From contig CT868629.1 of NCBI GenBank assembly GCA_000165425.1, positions 186,001 through 250,000 of the forward strand: 64,000 nucleotides of DNA. Direction: 5' to 3'. The notes under the pieces were generated by a model. The model had not been told where the DNA came from. It made no database searches and worked only from the letters and a program-made list of their open reading frames with translations. The stretch's first letter is position 1; each line of letters starts with the position of its first letter. Source of the DNA: Paramecium tetraurelia. Lineage: Eukaryota. This document shows positions 28,215 through 43,242 of the stretch, in pieces. A program made the position numbers and the translations under genes.

Positions 28215-28333
28215 TATTCATATTAAAAGTAAATCAGTCAATGTAAATTAATCAGAGTAATACTCTATCCAAATTATCTCAGGAAATATCTTAATTTTAA
28301 AGGGAATAATAAATATATTATAATAAATTAATA

Positions 28334-30702
28334 ATGGAATCTGAAATACCAGTTATGAAGAAATACCCAATTGAAAATATATTGAATGACGCTTCTGGTT
28401 TATTAAAAAAGGTATTATAAATTACATATAAAAGAATGGGAATAGAAAAGTAATTCTAATGCTGGACAAACATTTCATGAGTTACTCTCATAATGAAATG
28501 AGTACACTTAATATCCAAATCAGTAGAAGACTTATAAGAGCAACATAAAATTTGTTAAACTAATATGTTCATGGAGATAATATATCAAAGGTGGATTTTT
28601 TACTTGATCGATGCAATTTGTACACAGCTATAATATACATCAACATCCAAAGAATGCTAAAAAATGAGAGAGGAACTGAACATTACGAAGAATTAAATTC
28701 AGCCTAGATTGAATAAAAAATAGGATTGAACAGATTGAGACAAAGAATTAGATAGACGATTTGTGTACCTGGAAGTTTGATTAAGGTTGCCCATCTAGGC
28801 AAACTAAAGGAGAAAACTAAAAGTATAAGCTATGAATATGATTAGTTAAGTTCTATTTAAGTGAGTGTTGGGCTTTGTTATTGAAATAATTAATTTTATA
28901 TGCTAGAATGTTTAAAATCACAAATGAGATACCTAACAGTTTGAAGATGATACATAAAATCGAGTAGTTCTTACAAATCAAAGAAATAAAAAACACAACT
29001 AATATTGAATTGCTCAAAATAATTGTAGATCATTACTAAAATTTCGGGTAATTCTATTTTTAAATATGCGAATTCAAAAAATCTATAAAATAATATGAAA
29101 TTGCCTATTCATATTTACACTAACTCATTTTCTTAATCTTAAAAAAAAGAAATACTCCAAATGTTATTGATGATTCAGATCTAAGACCAGTTGAACCATA
29201 CATCATGAAATTAACAATTATATTATACCTTCAATCACTTTGCTATGAATATGTCTCGGAATATTCGAAAATGAAGGAATGCATTCATTTAGCTTAATGG
29301 TTTTGTAATGAAGTCTTGAGATTAGAAGATGAACATCAACTGAGAATCCTCATATTCAGTAGAGCCTAAGATATCTAAAAATACATTGATCATATATTGG
29401 CAGAATGTGAAATTAGACACATCATATTTACTTGTTTATGTGATGACACTAATCCTGAAATCAAAGAAATCACATCATAAGTTAAAGATGATTATCAACA
29501 AGCCCTAAATGAAAAATTCTATCTCAAATTACGAATTGAACAACTAAACAAATAATAATTTTTCAAATTAAATCCCATTCCTGTTAAACCTCCCTCACCA
29601 TATCTATTATATAATGTACCCAAAGGTAGTAGAACAGAAAGAGAACTTACAATATAATAATTCTCTAAAAATTATTAATCATTCACTACCCAAGATGGTT
29701 TTGATTAACATAAATTAATAACATCAGATAGTGAATCTAAGATGATTAAATAAAACTCTATCTCATCTTTTTCGAGAAGGACCAGACCAACAGATTTTAC
29801 ATAATATTGTCGAACAGAATAATCAGATTATCCTAAATTGGATTCAGAGTTAGCAGGAGTTATTGTCAACTAATTGAAAAAAGAATAAGCCTTCTATTCA
29901 CTTGCTGATATTCAAAGGACTTGTAAGGATGAACTCAATGAAAATGAAAGATAACAATAGGATTGCGAATTAGGTAGAGCCATATTGTTGTTTAAAAGAT
30001 AATTTAGTAAGAATGCAATTGCTGAACCTAAAGAAACAGATTCTTTGAAGCAGTTGAACAATGAAATCAAGACTGAATTTTAATTAATTTCTGGATACTT
30101 GGAGGCTCAAGAAAGATTAAAGAAGAAGAGATAGTAATAGTAAATAATTGAATAATCTCTCAAACCCAAACCTAAGAGTAAAACTCCATTTAGAAAGATA
30201 CTCATTAAGCATTGCAATACTTTAGGTTTAAAATAAACAAAAAAGAAATTGTAAAATTTAGAAGAAGAATCTGCTCTAATGAAATTGTATTAAAAAATAT
30301 CTGGATAGAAAGAAGAAGAAAAACCTAAAATTAATGAAGACCAAATTATTAGGAATATGATTCAAACAAATTTAAATGTATTATTTTACATATTTTGAAA
30401 AGGCAATCAAAGTGATCATGGATGATAATTAAAAAGAATAGGAAACTGCTTAAAAATAACTAAAGTCAAGAAGACATACTTCTGAATAATTGCCATCTAA
30501 CCATGAAAAATCTCCTTCGAATTGCTAATTCAGGGAAACTTTCAAAGGTCTTGCTGGGTCAACTCAATACTTAAGTACTAAAGGATAGGCTACTAAAAGT
30601 GTAATCTCTTTGGTAGAATTAGCAAATATCAAAAGAAAGATGAATCAACTAGAGTCTAAAAAGGCTGTCAGATACTCAGAATTATTTCGGAGTTAATTAT
30701 GA
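28334..30702 (+). CDS. Hypothetical protein (helical N-terminal half, low-complexity/coiled C-terminal half)
   Basis: MESEIPVMKKYPIENIL... open in code 6 with tiny introns; ends YSELFRSQL*. Confidence 0.7.
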
Positions 30703-30734
30703 TTATATAATTATAATATATATATTAATTTATC

Positions 30735-32068
30735 ATGTAAACAGAGTCTAGTAATTTATTAAATCCCTTGGAACTCTTAAAAGATAGTGGCATTCCTAAA
30801 CATTTACTCTACCAATCAAAGATAGAAGTTGACCATTTAATTTGTCCTATTTGTTTAAATATTCTATGGAAACCAGTTGCTTGTGGATAAGATAAATGCT
30901 TCTAATCATACTGTGAAGTTTGTATCAATAAATGGATTCAAGAACAAGCAGGAGATGTTGTCTTACAAGAATCGCTTTATTCCTAATCTTTAATTGTTGC
31001 TCCAGATTCAGGATCTGGATCACAATATAGTTCTCAATCTAGTTCTTTTTCTGAAATGCCTTAACAGATTCACGTTGAGACTACTTTGCCAAATTGCCCA
31101 AAATGCAAGAGACCATTTAAAAAAACATCGATACCAATAATACACAATCTATTAGACTCCATATAGTTGAGTTGTATATATGAAGAATGCACAACGAAGC
31201 CAGGATATGAATAGTTTTAGAAGCATATATTGTAATGTCCTTATCGAAGAATAAATTGTTCTGGTTGTGGACTTTAACAATTGTAAAATGAATTAGAATA
31301 ACATGAAAATTAATGTGAATAAGTGAGCATCGAATGTTCTAAATGTTTAAATAAAATGTCAAGAAAACTATTTCAACTTCATTCTATTGATGTATTTTAT
31401 TATCCTTATTCTAGGATTGCGTTCAATCATAATTTACTAGCAAAGACAATCAAATAGCACAATTATCCAAAAAGATAGAAGAGCTAAACTAAAAGAATTA
31501 ATTATTGGAATAAAAAATATGTAAAATGTTAAAAGGAGATTCCTTTGATACTATGCATCAATTTTCATTTAAAACTATGTTCACACAAAACTATTAATTT
31601 ACAGGTAATTAAGCCATCGAGGCAAAATTAATTCGTCCATCATTTAATCTTCAAAAATAAAAAAATGATTTTCTTCATTTTTATATTAATCACAAAATAA
31701 AAACTCAAGCTGTTTAAGGTATCATTTGGAGAATGCGAATTTAGACTTTGAAAGGCAATTTATTGATTGGAATTTGTTCCACTTTATGTCATTATTCAAT
31801 TGATTTTATAATAAATAAGTTAGGTGAAATAAAAAGGAAGGAATGGAATGAGAACAAGTACAAACTATTAAGAAAAGGGAATTTTACATTCAGTGAAGGG
31901 GACACTTTAACATTTTAATTTATGCCATTATAATAATGTTTAAGAATCACAAATGAAAATAGACACATAGTTTGTCGATTTGAACCTACTGAAATAATTG
32001 AGATGGGTGATTCCTTCTTTAGTTTTTTCAGCCTAGAGAATTAAGGTGACTCATTAATTTTTATTTGA
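30735..32068 (+). CDS. RING finger plus TRAF-type zinc finger protein (probable E3 ligase) with a beta-rich C-terminal domain
   Basis: LICPICLNILWKPVAC..C..YCEVCINKW...CPKCK; TRAF fingers HILQCPYRRINCSGC..HENQCEQVSIECSKC. Confidence 0.85.
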
Positions 32069-32157
32069 CAAATATATTAACTATTCCTTTAATTTTTTAT
32101 TTACTCATCTCATATTTATAATAAATTAGTTTTTCATCAAAATATTTAAAATAATTA

Positions 32158-35100
32158 ATGAGAAATTTAAACACTGAAAAATTTTTTAAAGAAATTTACT
32201 TTTTGATGCATCCTTTGGTTTCTTAAGAGTCCTTGAAAGGGCTAATGATTATTTTTACGATATTGAACAAAGCTTAAGAATTGGACATCATAAATAACAT
32301 TGATTAGGAATCTCACTCTGAAATGAAGTATTATAATATTTGAATATTAGAATACTAAGTCAATTAGCATCATACAGTTTTGTAATTAATGCTGTAACTG
32401 ATGATCAATTGATTCTGGTAATTATTGGATTTTTTGCTTTGCATATTATCCTAATCCTAGTTTTCATTTATTTCCGGATATCAAAGCCTATTTCAGTGAT
32501 CATACACACAATTTTACACTAATTCTTATTGCATTACACACTAATCTTTTATATTCCCATCACCTATTCGTCATTATATTTTATTTCTTCAGAATCAGTA
32601 TGCAAATCAAGTCAATTTTGTGATAGTAGCACTTAAATAGTCTTAATTATCCTTTGCATCCTTAATTTGGCAATATCATTATCAATCAATGCTCTTCACG
32701 TTTATTTTGGGAGAGCTGATTCGCTGATGGGGGATAATCATATCTTGATGTTGAATTACTCATTTTTAAACAATTTTATAACATAAATTTGCCTTTTCGC
32801 ATGCATAGTACTTAAGAGTATTGAGATATTGTAAGAACTAAGGTTTGCTCTAATTTTGATAAAATACTTACTAACAATTGTGCAAATATTTAACAAAATC
32901 AACGCAAAATATTACGTATTAATCGATCTTATCTCAATTGCATCCTCAGTTTCACTTTTAATTAAATTATCAGTGTTTGAATATCTGATAGTTCTCACTT
33001 TGATTTGGGCAACCTTTTTTTAGTTGGTAGATATAATAGAAAATTACTATGTAACATTGAAAAATTAAGGCAATTTAATCACACTTTAAGTAAATTATAA
33101 ATTAAACTTAAGAAAATAGAAGAGGCAAATAAGTTAGAAACTAAGACGCAATCCAAAATTATTCTGAAAATAATAGAGAAAATCCACAATTGTAAAAAGT
33201 GTCAGTATCCATCCTAATTTGTTGAGTGTATATTTAGAAGAATGGCAAATAAAGAAAATTAAATGAATAACCACATAGTTTCTTTATTTTGTGATTATGT
33301 AAGCAATCATGCTCCCTTAAAAGCATTAATACGACTACTCCTATTAAATCCTAATGACTTATATTATAGATGTTGGCAACATAATTTGGCTGAGGAACTT
33401 AACAAAAGAAGTAAATAATTTTAAAAAGAAGCCTAAAATAAAACATCTATCAAGAATACGAATGAACATTAAAATTCTTTAGATGTTTAAACTGTTTATA
33501 ATACTTCTCACTCAGCATAAGCATTATTTCCATGTTTGATAGACACAATTTAATCGAAAATCAATTTCTGGAATAAATTGATTAATGGATATCAACACAT
33601 TGATTAATGTTTATCGGAATCACTAAAGACTGCCAAAAAGATGCTGAGATGTAGATCAGAAATAGAAAGCAGATTTGATTTGGTTTATAATAAATTAAAA
33701 AATTAATAAGGAACTGACATAATTAGTTTAAGAATAATCTAAATTTATTACTGTGGAATTTATACTAATTAATTTCAAGCCTTTTAGATTGAGAAAACTA
33801 TTGACGAGTTATTAAAGAGCGAGAGATTTAAGTAAGATGAATCTTTAGATAATATTCAACTTGTTTAAGGTAAATGTATTATAGAATCTATTAGATCGAT
33901 TGATCATTTTGAAATCCAGTTTTGTATCTAAAAGAGGTGAATTGATAGATGTGAATTATAAGTAAATGGCTAAGTTTCTGAATGAAGCCGAAGAAGGTTG
34001 TAAGTTGATAAAGCATTGTTCTTAACTTATGCCAACCTACTTATCAACAGTTCATGAATAATTGATGGATAATTACATGCAAAATGGATATTCCAAATTA
34101 ATGATCCATGGAGAATCATCATTCTTTTAAAATCCAGCTGGTTTTATTGAACCATGTAGTATTAATTTGTTCAATTTTTATGATGGCAAAGATGATTTCA
34201 TTTTAAATATGATCCTAACTAAAGAGTAATGTTAGAGCGAGACAATTCTCTTTGGCATTGATGGAAAAATCTTAGGAATAACTTAACAATTTTTCAACGA
34301 AGCCATAAGATCAAATACTTAATACTCTAAAACAATCACTACTTCAGCTGGCAGAAATACAGAAATCACATCTTCTCCAACAAACATTAAAGATTTCTTA
34401 GCTAAATAACCTTTGATTCAATTTTATATCCCAAACATCCAAAGTCAAGTTGACGAATTAAGAAATCAAATATGTTCATCCTCTAATTACTTAATGAACA
34501 ATTAGAAATCTACTTGGACGTTTCCTATAAATCATACTGAGTGTTTATAACAAATGTAGTTAATATTATCACAATATAAGAAAAAAAGCTAAGGTACCCA
34601 AAAACCTAATTAAAACTTTTAATCTTACAAGTCTCAAACTTACTCGAAATATTCCAATTACACTAACAACACTTAACAAGATCAATATGATAAGAGTGAA
34701 ATTGGAAAATAGGTCTTTGATTAAATTAATATCGACAACATTCCTATAATACTTTTACATCCAGAGATAGCAACTTCATTAAAAGAATTAATAGTTTTTG
34801 AAGAAACTTAAAAATAATCTGTGCAATTAGGCATATTTTATAGTTTACAATTCAAAATATTAAAATACAAACAAGGCAGCATTGGGTACTTTATGCTCAC
34901 CATTAAAGAAAATAAACTGTATTATTCTCAATAAACCATGGGTCAGTTTTCAAGTCATAATTAAACTCCTTAAACAGTCAGATCTTCTCTTTAAGAGTCC
35001 AATGAAATTGAAACTATTTAAAATTCAATGAAAATTGAATTAACTTCCGAGAATTTGAACTAATAAGAGGAAATAATCTAAGAAATAAGATTAATGAATA

Positions 35101-37461
35101 ATATTATGCATAATAATAAAGATAGTTCTTTGGTTGATCAAAGTGGAAACAACTTAAGTTTAGATTAAACAAATCTAAAATTATAGATTCAACTCAAGAA
35201 CTCAGAGAGATCTAATCTTTATGACACAGGTAGAATACTTAAATAATCTTAACCTTTATTTGCTAGACCATAATAATAAGAATGCAGACTTGAAGACATT
35301 TCATAAATTGAATAAGACATGCAAGTATATTAATTATTTATTGTAGAATATTCAATAATTGCAATAAGATTTTGATGAGAATGATCAAGACTTAGCTAAT
35401 TAGAAGTAGGAATCAGTCAGCCAAAGTGTTAAAAAGAGATCAAATATTCTTGATAAGATAAAATTAACATAATAGAATAAAGAAAATATTGGGGATTTTG
35501 CTTCTAATCCTTCACGAACTTCTACTAATTCTACTTCTAAAGAATCAATATTAATAGTTCAATAATTGTATTTTAATAAAGATCTAATATCTCCACTGAA
35601 AAAAATATCTGTAATTTTAGGGCTAATCTTAATTGGAATGTTGACTTGTGAAATTTTGAATGTATTTCTAATCAAAGATAATTTACAATAATAAACTCAA
35701 TAAGTAGTTAATTTGGTGAAACCTCAAAATATTATTTACTATTATTCATCTGTGTTCTTCTAATATTGGGGAACAGAATTGCATACATTAGGGATTCTTA
35801 AATTGTCTGAATTTTAATATTAAAGGAATATAGAATCCCTAGATGGTATGCTCGAGTATGGAAGAATGTATCTTCAATCATTTGGAATAGAAGTACCATA
35901 AACTGCTGCAAATCTTGGAGTTACTACATTTGAGTTGAAATAAGTCAAACTAGGAAAAATAGAGAAGGAAATCAATTAATTATAAAATTTCTATTCTTTG
36001 CTTTATGAAACTATGTATGACATGTATATCAACAATAAGAACGTTGCCAATCCCTCGTATCATGAATTATTCACTAAAGGGATTGTAAGATAAAATTTTT
36101 TAGAATTAATTGATTTACATAACAAATTAATTATAAAGATATCAGAAGACACAATATATCAATAAGGCCTAGTCAAGAGTTAGTTTTTAGTTATTATGCT
36201 TATGGAGTTATTTTCAATTTTGTTTTTTGTTGGATTTTAATTAAGATATTGGTTATTCTTAGATCATATTACTAAATCGATAATATTTTTAGTATCTAGA
36301 TTAAATGAAACTCAAGCTCTAAATTAAATAAATAAATTAGTACAAATCAAAGAACATTTAGAAGATTAAGCTTCAAATGTGTGGAAACTGTACAATTTTG
36401 GAGACATTGTATTTGAGAATTCAGAGAAGAAGCTTAAGAAAATATTAATGAAATAATAGGACCAGACTTCAAATAATTATAAATCAACAAGTGCATTATA
36501 TTCAAGAATTTAAAGAACTTATTATCTAAATAGAGTCAATGTCATTCTAACATTCTTGATTACTATTTTATGGACAGCATTTCTCCTAGCAGGTTATTTA
36601 ATACACATGTAGAAAAATGAAAATTTCTAACCATCCTTAACAGCAACTCTAAAATATGGGTAGTTTCGATTGAATATGGATTCAGTAGGATTTATTGGAG
36701 GGATTGTTAAAACAGAATAATTGGTTCCAAATAATAATTTGAGCTTCATCAATCAAACATACGCAATTTAATTATTAATTGAATATAAGGAAAATCTATC
36801 TCCATTAATAAATGAAGTAGCTTAAGTCATTTTGGAGAATGCAAATGCTAACAACAAATAAAGTAGATTTGACAATATATTAAATTTTGATATCTGTGAG
36901 TTCACTGATTGGTAAGATATGAAAGCATGCGATTTGGCCCGATAAAATCTTCCTTATTTTAGGTACAATAATTGATATAATATAGTAAAGATGCGATTAA
37001 TGACATTGTAAAAAATGGAGTGTTAGGTTACACTGCCACTCTAGTTAAATATCTAAACTCAGATTTTGATTATGAGCTCAACAATCTTAAATATGATACT
37101 GATGAAAACAATTTAATTGCTATCTAATAAAAGCCTTTTGAGAATTTCTTTTTGTCTTATTATTGTGACATTCAAAACACTATGTTGGAATTTTTGAATC
37201 TATTTTAATTAGACAACGCCGAAATAGCAGCAGATATAAATAATATTGTTTAGATATTTTATTTAGGTGTTGGTATATGGTATAAATTTAAAAATATTTA
37301 GTTTGTTTTTATTTATTTTTATATTGAGTTTACTTTGGGTTTACAAATATTAGATGAAGATCTCTTGTCTTCGTTAAATTTTAGTATTGATTCCTTCTGA
37401 TTTAATATTAACTGCAAATATAAGAAGTCAGGCTAAGGAAATTCATAATTGGTTATATTGA
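32158..37461 (+). CDS. Large multi-pass membrane protein with a PAS domain
   Basis: N-terminal TMs, HNCKKC, PAS-like QLMPTYLSTVHEQL..FQNPAGFIEP, ILFGIDGKILGIT; C-terminal LRQILVLIP..HNWLY*. Confidence 0.8.
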
Positions 37462-37665
37462 AAATATTTAATAATTTTATATTAGAATCCTTATAAATTT
37501 ATTTAATCAATAATATGTTATCTTTTTATATATTATTAATAAAAATATTAACAATTTAAGCATATTTTACTTTAACATTTATTGTCTATATTTAATAAAT
37601 TTAGAATTGAAACATTTATATAAAAAGTAAAAAAATAAAGTTTTTATTATAAAATACTCATAAAA

Positions 37666-40600
37666 TCATAGGTTTCTATCGATCTTTCTTATAGAATTCA
37701 GTATAGATTAATCTTATAATGATTCATGCGGTATAACAATTAATACTTATCTAATCAAACGAACCCTTTTTTGTAATGTGATTGCTCTTAACAAAATTAC
37801 TAAATATAATATAATAAGGCAGCCAACTCCTGCACTTATATAAAATTAAAGCGCCATCTAATAGTCACTCTCTAATATATCGAGGGCTGCTTATATAATA
37901 GTATAATAGAATTGAAGAATAGCATAACTTTAATCAAAAAAGTAAGGTAAAATAGTTTAAAGATATTCAGGACTTTAGAGAAATTAATTAACATTAGTAA
38001 TATTGGTATCTTTTATTCCATTCTTTTCCAAAGAATAATGTGTATTCAATATTGACATAATCCTAATTAATATTTTTAAAGTCTTACTATTAATAGATGC
38101 CGTTAATTCCATATTTATAAATTTGCTTATTATTTAGATCAGAACTGGCAGGTGGAAAGGTAGAAAAATATTCGAATTTATCATTTTCATAAGCACAAAA
38201 AGGTAAAATTGTTGGGATAATTTCACAAAGATCTTTTTCGTATAAATTTAGTAATAATTATTTATTTTCTTCACTAATTTTCTTGGATTCAATAACATTG
38301 TTATAAATTTTGGAATAAATTTCATCCATATCTGTAATTAAAGGAGAGAATTGAGTTAATAATTCAGCATACAATGTTTTAAAGTATTTGTCTCTCGTGC
38401 TCAATTCTGGATTCATTTTGAAAATTCCACTAACCATAGTTTCTTCAATTAGGATTTATTATATTTTTAATAATTGACTTATTATCATTACACCATCAAG
38501 GTCTTATTTAAATTTAACATATTCCATAGCTATATTGAGTTCAGGTTGACTATTATCCATATTTGTTTTCATGATGATAAATCCAGATATGGCATAGATT
38601 GATAACAATAAACACAGGAGTAATAACATAATTTAAATATTTTTTATTGAAAATGAGGTTTCTTGAATACGAGATATCTATTTTGCTCTCTATTATTAAT
38701 TTTTACTAGTATTCTGTTTTTTTGTTGTTTCTGAAGATTATATCTTTAAAGTTTAGTATGTTGCAGATCTCTTTGATGATAAAAAGAATTCACGAAAGTA
38801 GTTAATGTTTTTCCAACTTGAATGATTCCGATTGAGTTTTTCTAATAGAAAATACACTCTAGCTCCAGAATACTCTATATCTCTTTCAGATATTTTACCA
38901 ATCAATAGCAGAATTGTTTACATATATTTGTATGGCTACAACCATTGCCTAAATTATAAAAGGAGCATCACAAAAATAGTCAAAAGCATTACAATTAAAA
39001 ATATAATCTCTTCAATTTGATTTATTGAGATAAGATCATAAAAATCATTTTCAATTTAATTAACAATTGCTATTGTAAGATCTAATTGATCTACCAAATT
39101 CCCTTTTAAAAATTATAAAAGAATTTGAAGCTATTTTACAGATTCATTGCCTTCATCAATTCTTTGGAGAAACAAGTTTATTTAATCAGTGTTTTCGTTT
39201 ACTAAATTATCAAACTCTATCATGCTAGCATTTTATTTCTCATACACATATTCATTGATTATTCTAATTTCCATTATTGGTAGCTACTACTTTTCTTCCA
39301 TTGATGAAAACTCAGCTAAGATCTCTGTCATTAATGCTTGAATTTCAATACGTTTTGAAGCACTTTCATTTTTTATTCTATACTCATAATAGGCACCGTA
39401 AGATTGGTTTAATAATTTAGACTACAATTCGATTTACCCTATAGTAAGAAAAGTACAATAGAGCCTATTAAATCTTTGGGGTACTCTGACTAAGGGTATA
39501 CTAACTTCTAATTAATTTGTATGATCTCTGACTATTGATAATTCTACGCTTACAAGAATAATCAAAAATACTGTTAATATGTTCGTTAAGAAAATAACAT
39601 TCAGTATGGAAGTTTAAAATTATTAAGTATATTACAATTTTCGCATCAAATTATAAATTGAATTTTAAGTTTTATCAGAAGTTGCACTAGATTTAGATTG
39701 CTTTTCATGAGCAAAATCAACATTTTATTCTTGTAAAATTGCTTATTAAATGTTTTCTTTGATTTCTTTTTAGGAACTGCTTTTGATGACATTCGATTCA
39801 TTTCCTCTTATATATTCAGAATCTTCTTCTATCAATCCTTTTTATATTAATATTTCTCTATTTGATCTTGGAGATATTAGATTGCTCTCCTTTTAATCCC
39901 TATCTATTATATTTCGAATGTTCAAATCTTCCTCTTTTTAATCTATATCCCTTGAATCTGGTAATCCATCAGCATGTTTAATAAATAATTTATTAATGAT
40001 TGTTTAATTAATTAAGAATTCTTAGTGTAACTCATCAAGATCTTATTCAGTTTGTAATTGAAATTCACTTTTCATTCCTAATACAGTTTTTGTTTTCGCC
40101 AACGAAGTATAAGCACTTTAACTACCTGTATACTTCTATTCTTTTTATAAATACTCATTTATAGTTAATAGAAAGATTGGATAAGAGTCCTGCCTTTTTT
40201 GAAAGTGCACCATAAATGTCACCTAGAAATAAACAGAGTTCTGATGCATTTTGAGCAATTACTCATTGATAAACTCATTTGTCTAACTAACATAATTGGA
40301 TTCAAAACAAGTTATTTTAACAGGTTTCTTTAAGTCTGATTGTACATCCTGCTCTGTTTTCATAGTGTGTGTCTAAGTTAGAAAATGTTACTTTCTAAAT
40401 GTTTCATGATCTTTAATTAGTGATGCCAAATTATTTATTGGTTGAATAATTGTTGTTTATATATTTAAAGCTGCTTATTATGTCTATTATCCAGTGAACA
40501 CATCTTATTAGTCATTGATTAGGAGTAAAAGATCCTTGAACCAAAAATATATATAAGAACTTAATATATTGCTATCAAATTCACTTGTAACCTATGATTT

Positions 40601-42721
40601 CGAATTGAATAACAATAATTAATAAATTGATTCTGTCAATCCTAAGATTTTACCAGATTCATCAAATAGTATGAAATCATAAGTTTCTGTGCTTCTTTTT
40701 ACAACAGCTGATAATATGTAATCATCTATTTAGTCATATGAAGGTATCAATTAAAGAGTAGCACTAAAAGAGAAGCCAGAATTATAAATAGGGTAGACAT
40801 CCTAACTGATAATAAATAATGATGATTCCCCTGTTTGGAGGAACTGATTCACAAATTTATCATGCTTTTTTTGCAAATATAATGGCAAAATTGAATTAAT
40901 ATTAGTTATTAATTGATAGGAATCTTCATTTGGATATTTAAAGAATTTGAATAGTTTCTATTTATTTTTACTCAAGATCAAACCTGGATTTTTTATCATA
41001 CTAACAGGAATTATAATAACATCGTCGTTCAGTAAACCAATATTTTGAATATTCCTAGTGGTTATATTTCTCTCCAAATTAAGAAGTTCCTCTATCCTTT
41101 GTTCAATTTGAAGTGTGATATGATAATCATTTAAAACAGTCGCAAATATTTGAGATAATAGACGTAAATCAACTAAATTTAATCTAAACAGTTCTTTCTA
41201 TAAAGTGAATATTTGAATATTTAATTCCTTAAAAACTATATTCTTTAAGTTCACTACTTTTTGACTTAAACTCACAGATACATCACTTAACTATTCAATA
41301 TTCTCATAACCATTTAATAACTAGTCCCAATATTTTATCTTTTATTCCAAAATGTAGATAATTAAAGGTTAGCATTTTTCTTGTAATGCTTAACTTTATC
41401 TAATTTATTGTAATTCCAATCTTCCTTAATTCTGTTAGATTTGCTTTTTTATTTTTCTCTGGATTATTTCAGAACAAAAACTCTCCAGTATCTGGAAGTA
41501 GAGACTTTGAAATTCTTAATATATCTAAAACTGTTTTATTTAAATGTAAGCAAGATTCTATTTATCGTAGGTGTAATAAAGAAACTAAATCTTATAAGTG
41601 TGTAAATCTTCATCTTTGTATTTCTCCTGTATTGGCAGCGAGTCTATATATCGATTAAACATGATAAAAATATAATCATTGAATTAGGTATCCGATCTCA
41701 ATTTTGAATTGTTTAATATTTAATATCTGTTTTTGAGTGTGTAAAGGATTTTAACATGAGTAAAGTTATTGTCCCTTTAGTAAAATTCATCCACCATTTA
41801 TATGATTATAAATTTGTTCAACTCTTTACTATCTAGGTTTTGTTCGTATACCACTTTTATTAGCTTCTTTGTAATAACAGTTAAAAATGGAGTATAAATT
41901 AAACAGAAATACAAGAACTCCATTTCAGTCCAGTGGATGCTTAAACCTTTAAATATAGAACAATAAAATAGTATTGATGAACCAATGCAATAATTCAGAT
42001 TGATTTATTATGGAAATGGTTGGTTTAAAATTGAATCGCACACTTGAATCAGGAATTAAATCATTAGAATTATTGATTAAATTACTTCATCAAAATAAGG
42101 AAATAATACCAAGGCTATAATTTCAGTTAAATTTACCAGATAATTGTAGGGACGATATCTTTTCGTAAAGGGGTTATTACTGGGTAATGCGTAATTTCTT
42201 TAAATATATGTAAATAGAGAGTAATTTAAAATAATTGGTGTTGTGCATATAATAACTGATATTTAATCCTAATTTGCGTATTGCAATTAATGAATGTGCA
42301 AAAAAGATGGATACAGATACAACATTTGCAAATAAGTGAAATATTAGTTTTGAAATGAATTGAAAAACCTTACCTAATTATTGTTAAACAGTGTGATCAG
42401 ACAAGATAACCAATGAATTACAGCAATCAATATTACGACCAGAGATTCAAATTGATCCACTTCTATAGATTTTATCGGGGTTAAAAAGTGAAACCAATTG
42501 ATTAAGTTCTTTATTAGCTCTAATTATTTATCCTAATTTGTAAAAATTCATAATACTTCATATGCTTTTCCATTGAATTGATCCACTCTCAATATAAGGC
42601 CAAGTCTCGTTCCAATATACAGAATCCAAATAAAAGATGGATTCAAATAACTTTGCGATTTTGATTCTCGAATCGTCACATATAAAGCTCTTAATTTATT
42701 TTTTATTATTATTGAATTCAT
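37666..42721 (-). CDS. Large multi-pass membrane protein with a PAS domain (convergent paralog)
   Basis: N-terminal TMs, PAS-like SILPLYLQKKHDKFV..GFSF, ILFDESGKILGLT; C-terminal IRQVLIVIPHESL..DRNL*. Confidence 0.8.
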
Positions 42722-43242
42722 TAATTTAATGAATATTCTCTTATTATACCTGTAATTTTAAAGACCATTTATTAAATCATTTTTCATAACATTATAAAAT
42801 TAACTTCAGAAAATTAAAGTACTAAAATCAAATTGTAGGAGTAAGGTAAAGACTAAGATGTTCTAATAATCTCCATATTTTAATTAATTTTGAAACCTAA
42901 GAATAGTTATATTAGGAATTGCAATAAAAACAAGAAGATCTTTAGAGGATGCAAAGTTCAGAAATTTCATTTACATTAAGAAGAATTGAATTCAACAACT
43001 TTTTTTTAATAATTGTTGACGGTTATAGGTGTATTAGAGAAGAGATCTGCTTAATTGAAATTGAAAATCTTTTTAAAATGATTCGATTAAAAATGATATC
43101 ATCTGGAAATACTATTATGATAAAGTTTATAAATAATAATAAAATAATTTAATACAATATACTAAATTATTTAAATTTTTTTAGATTGATCAAAGAATTC
43201 GATCGAAACAATTATTAAGATTTAATATTAATTTTAAATCAG

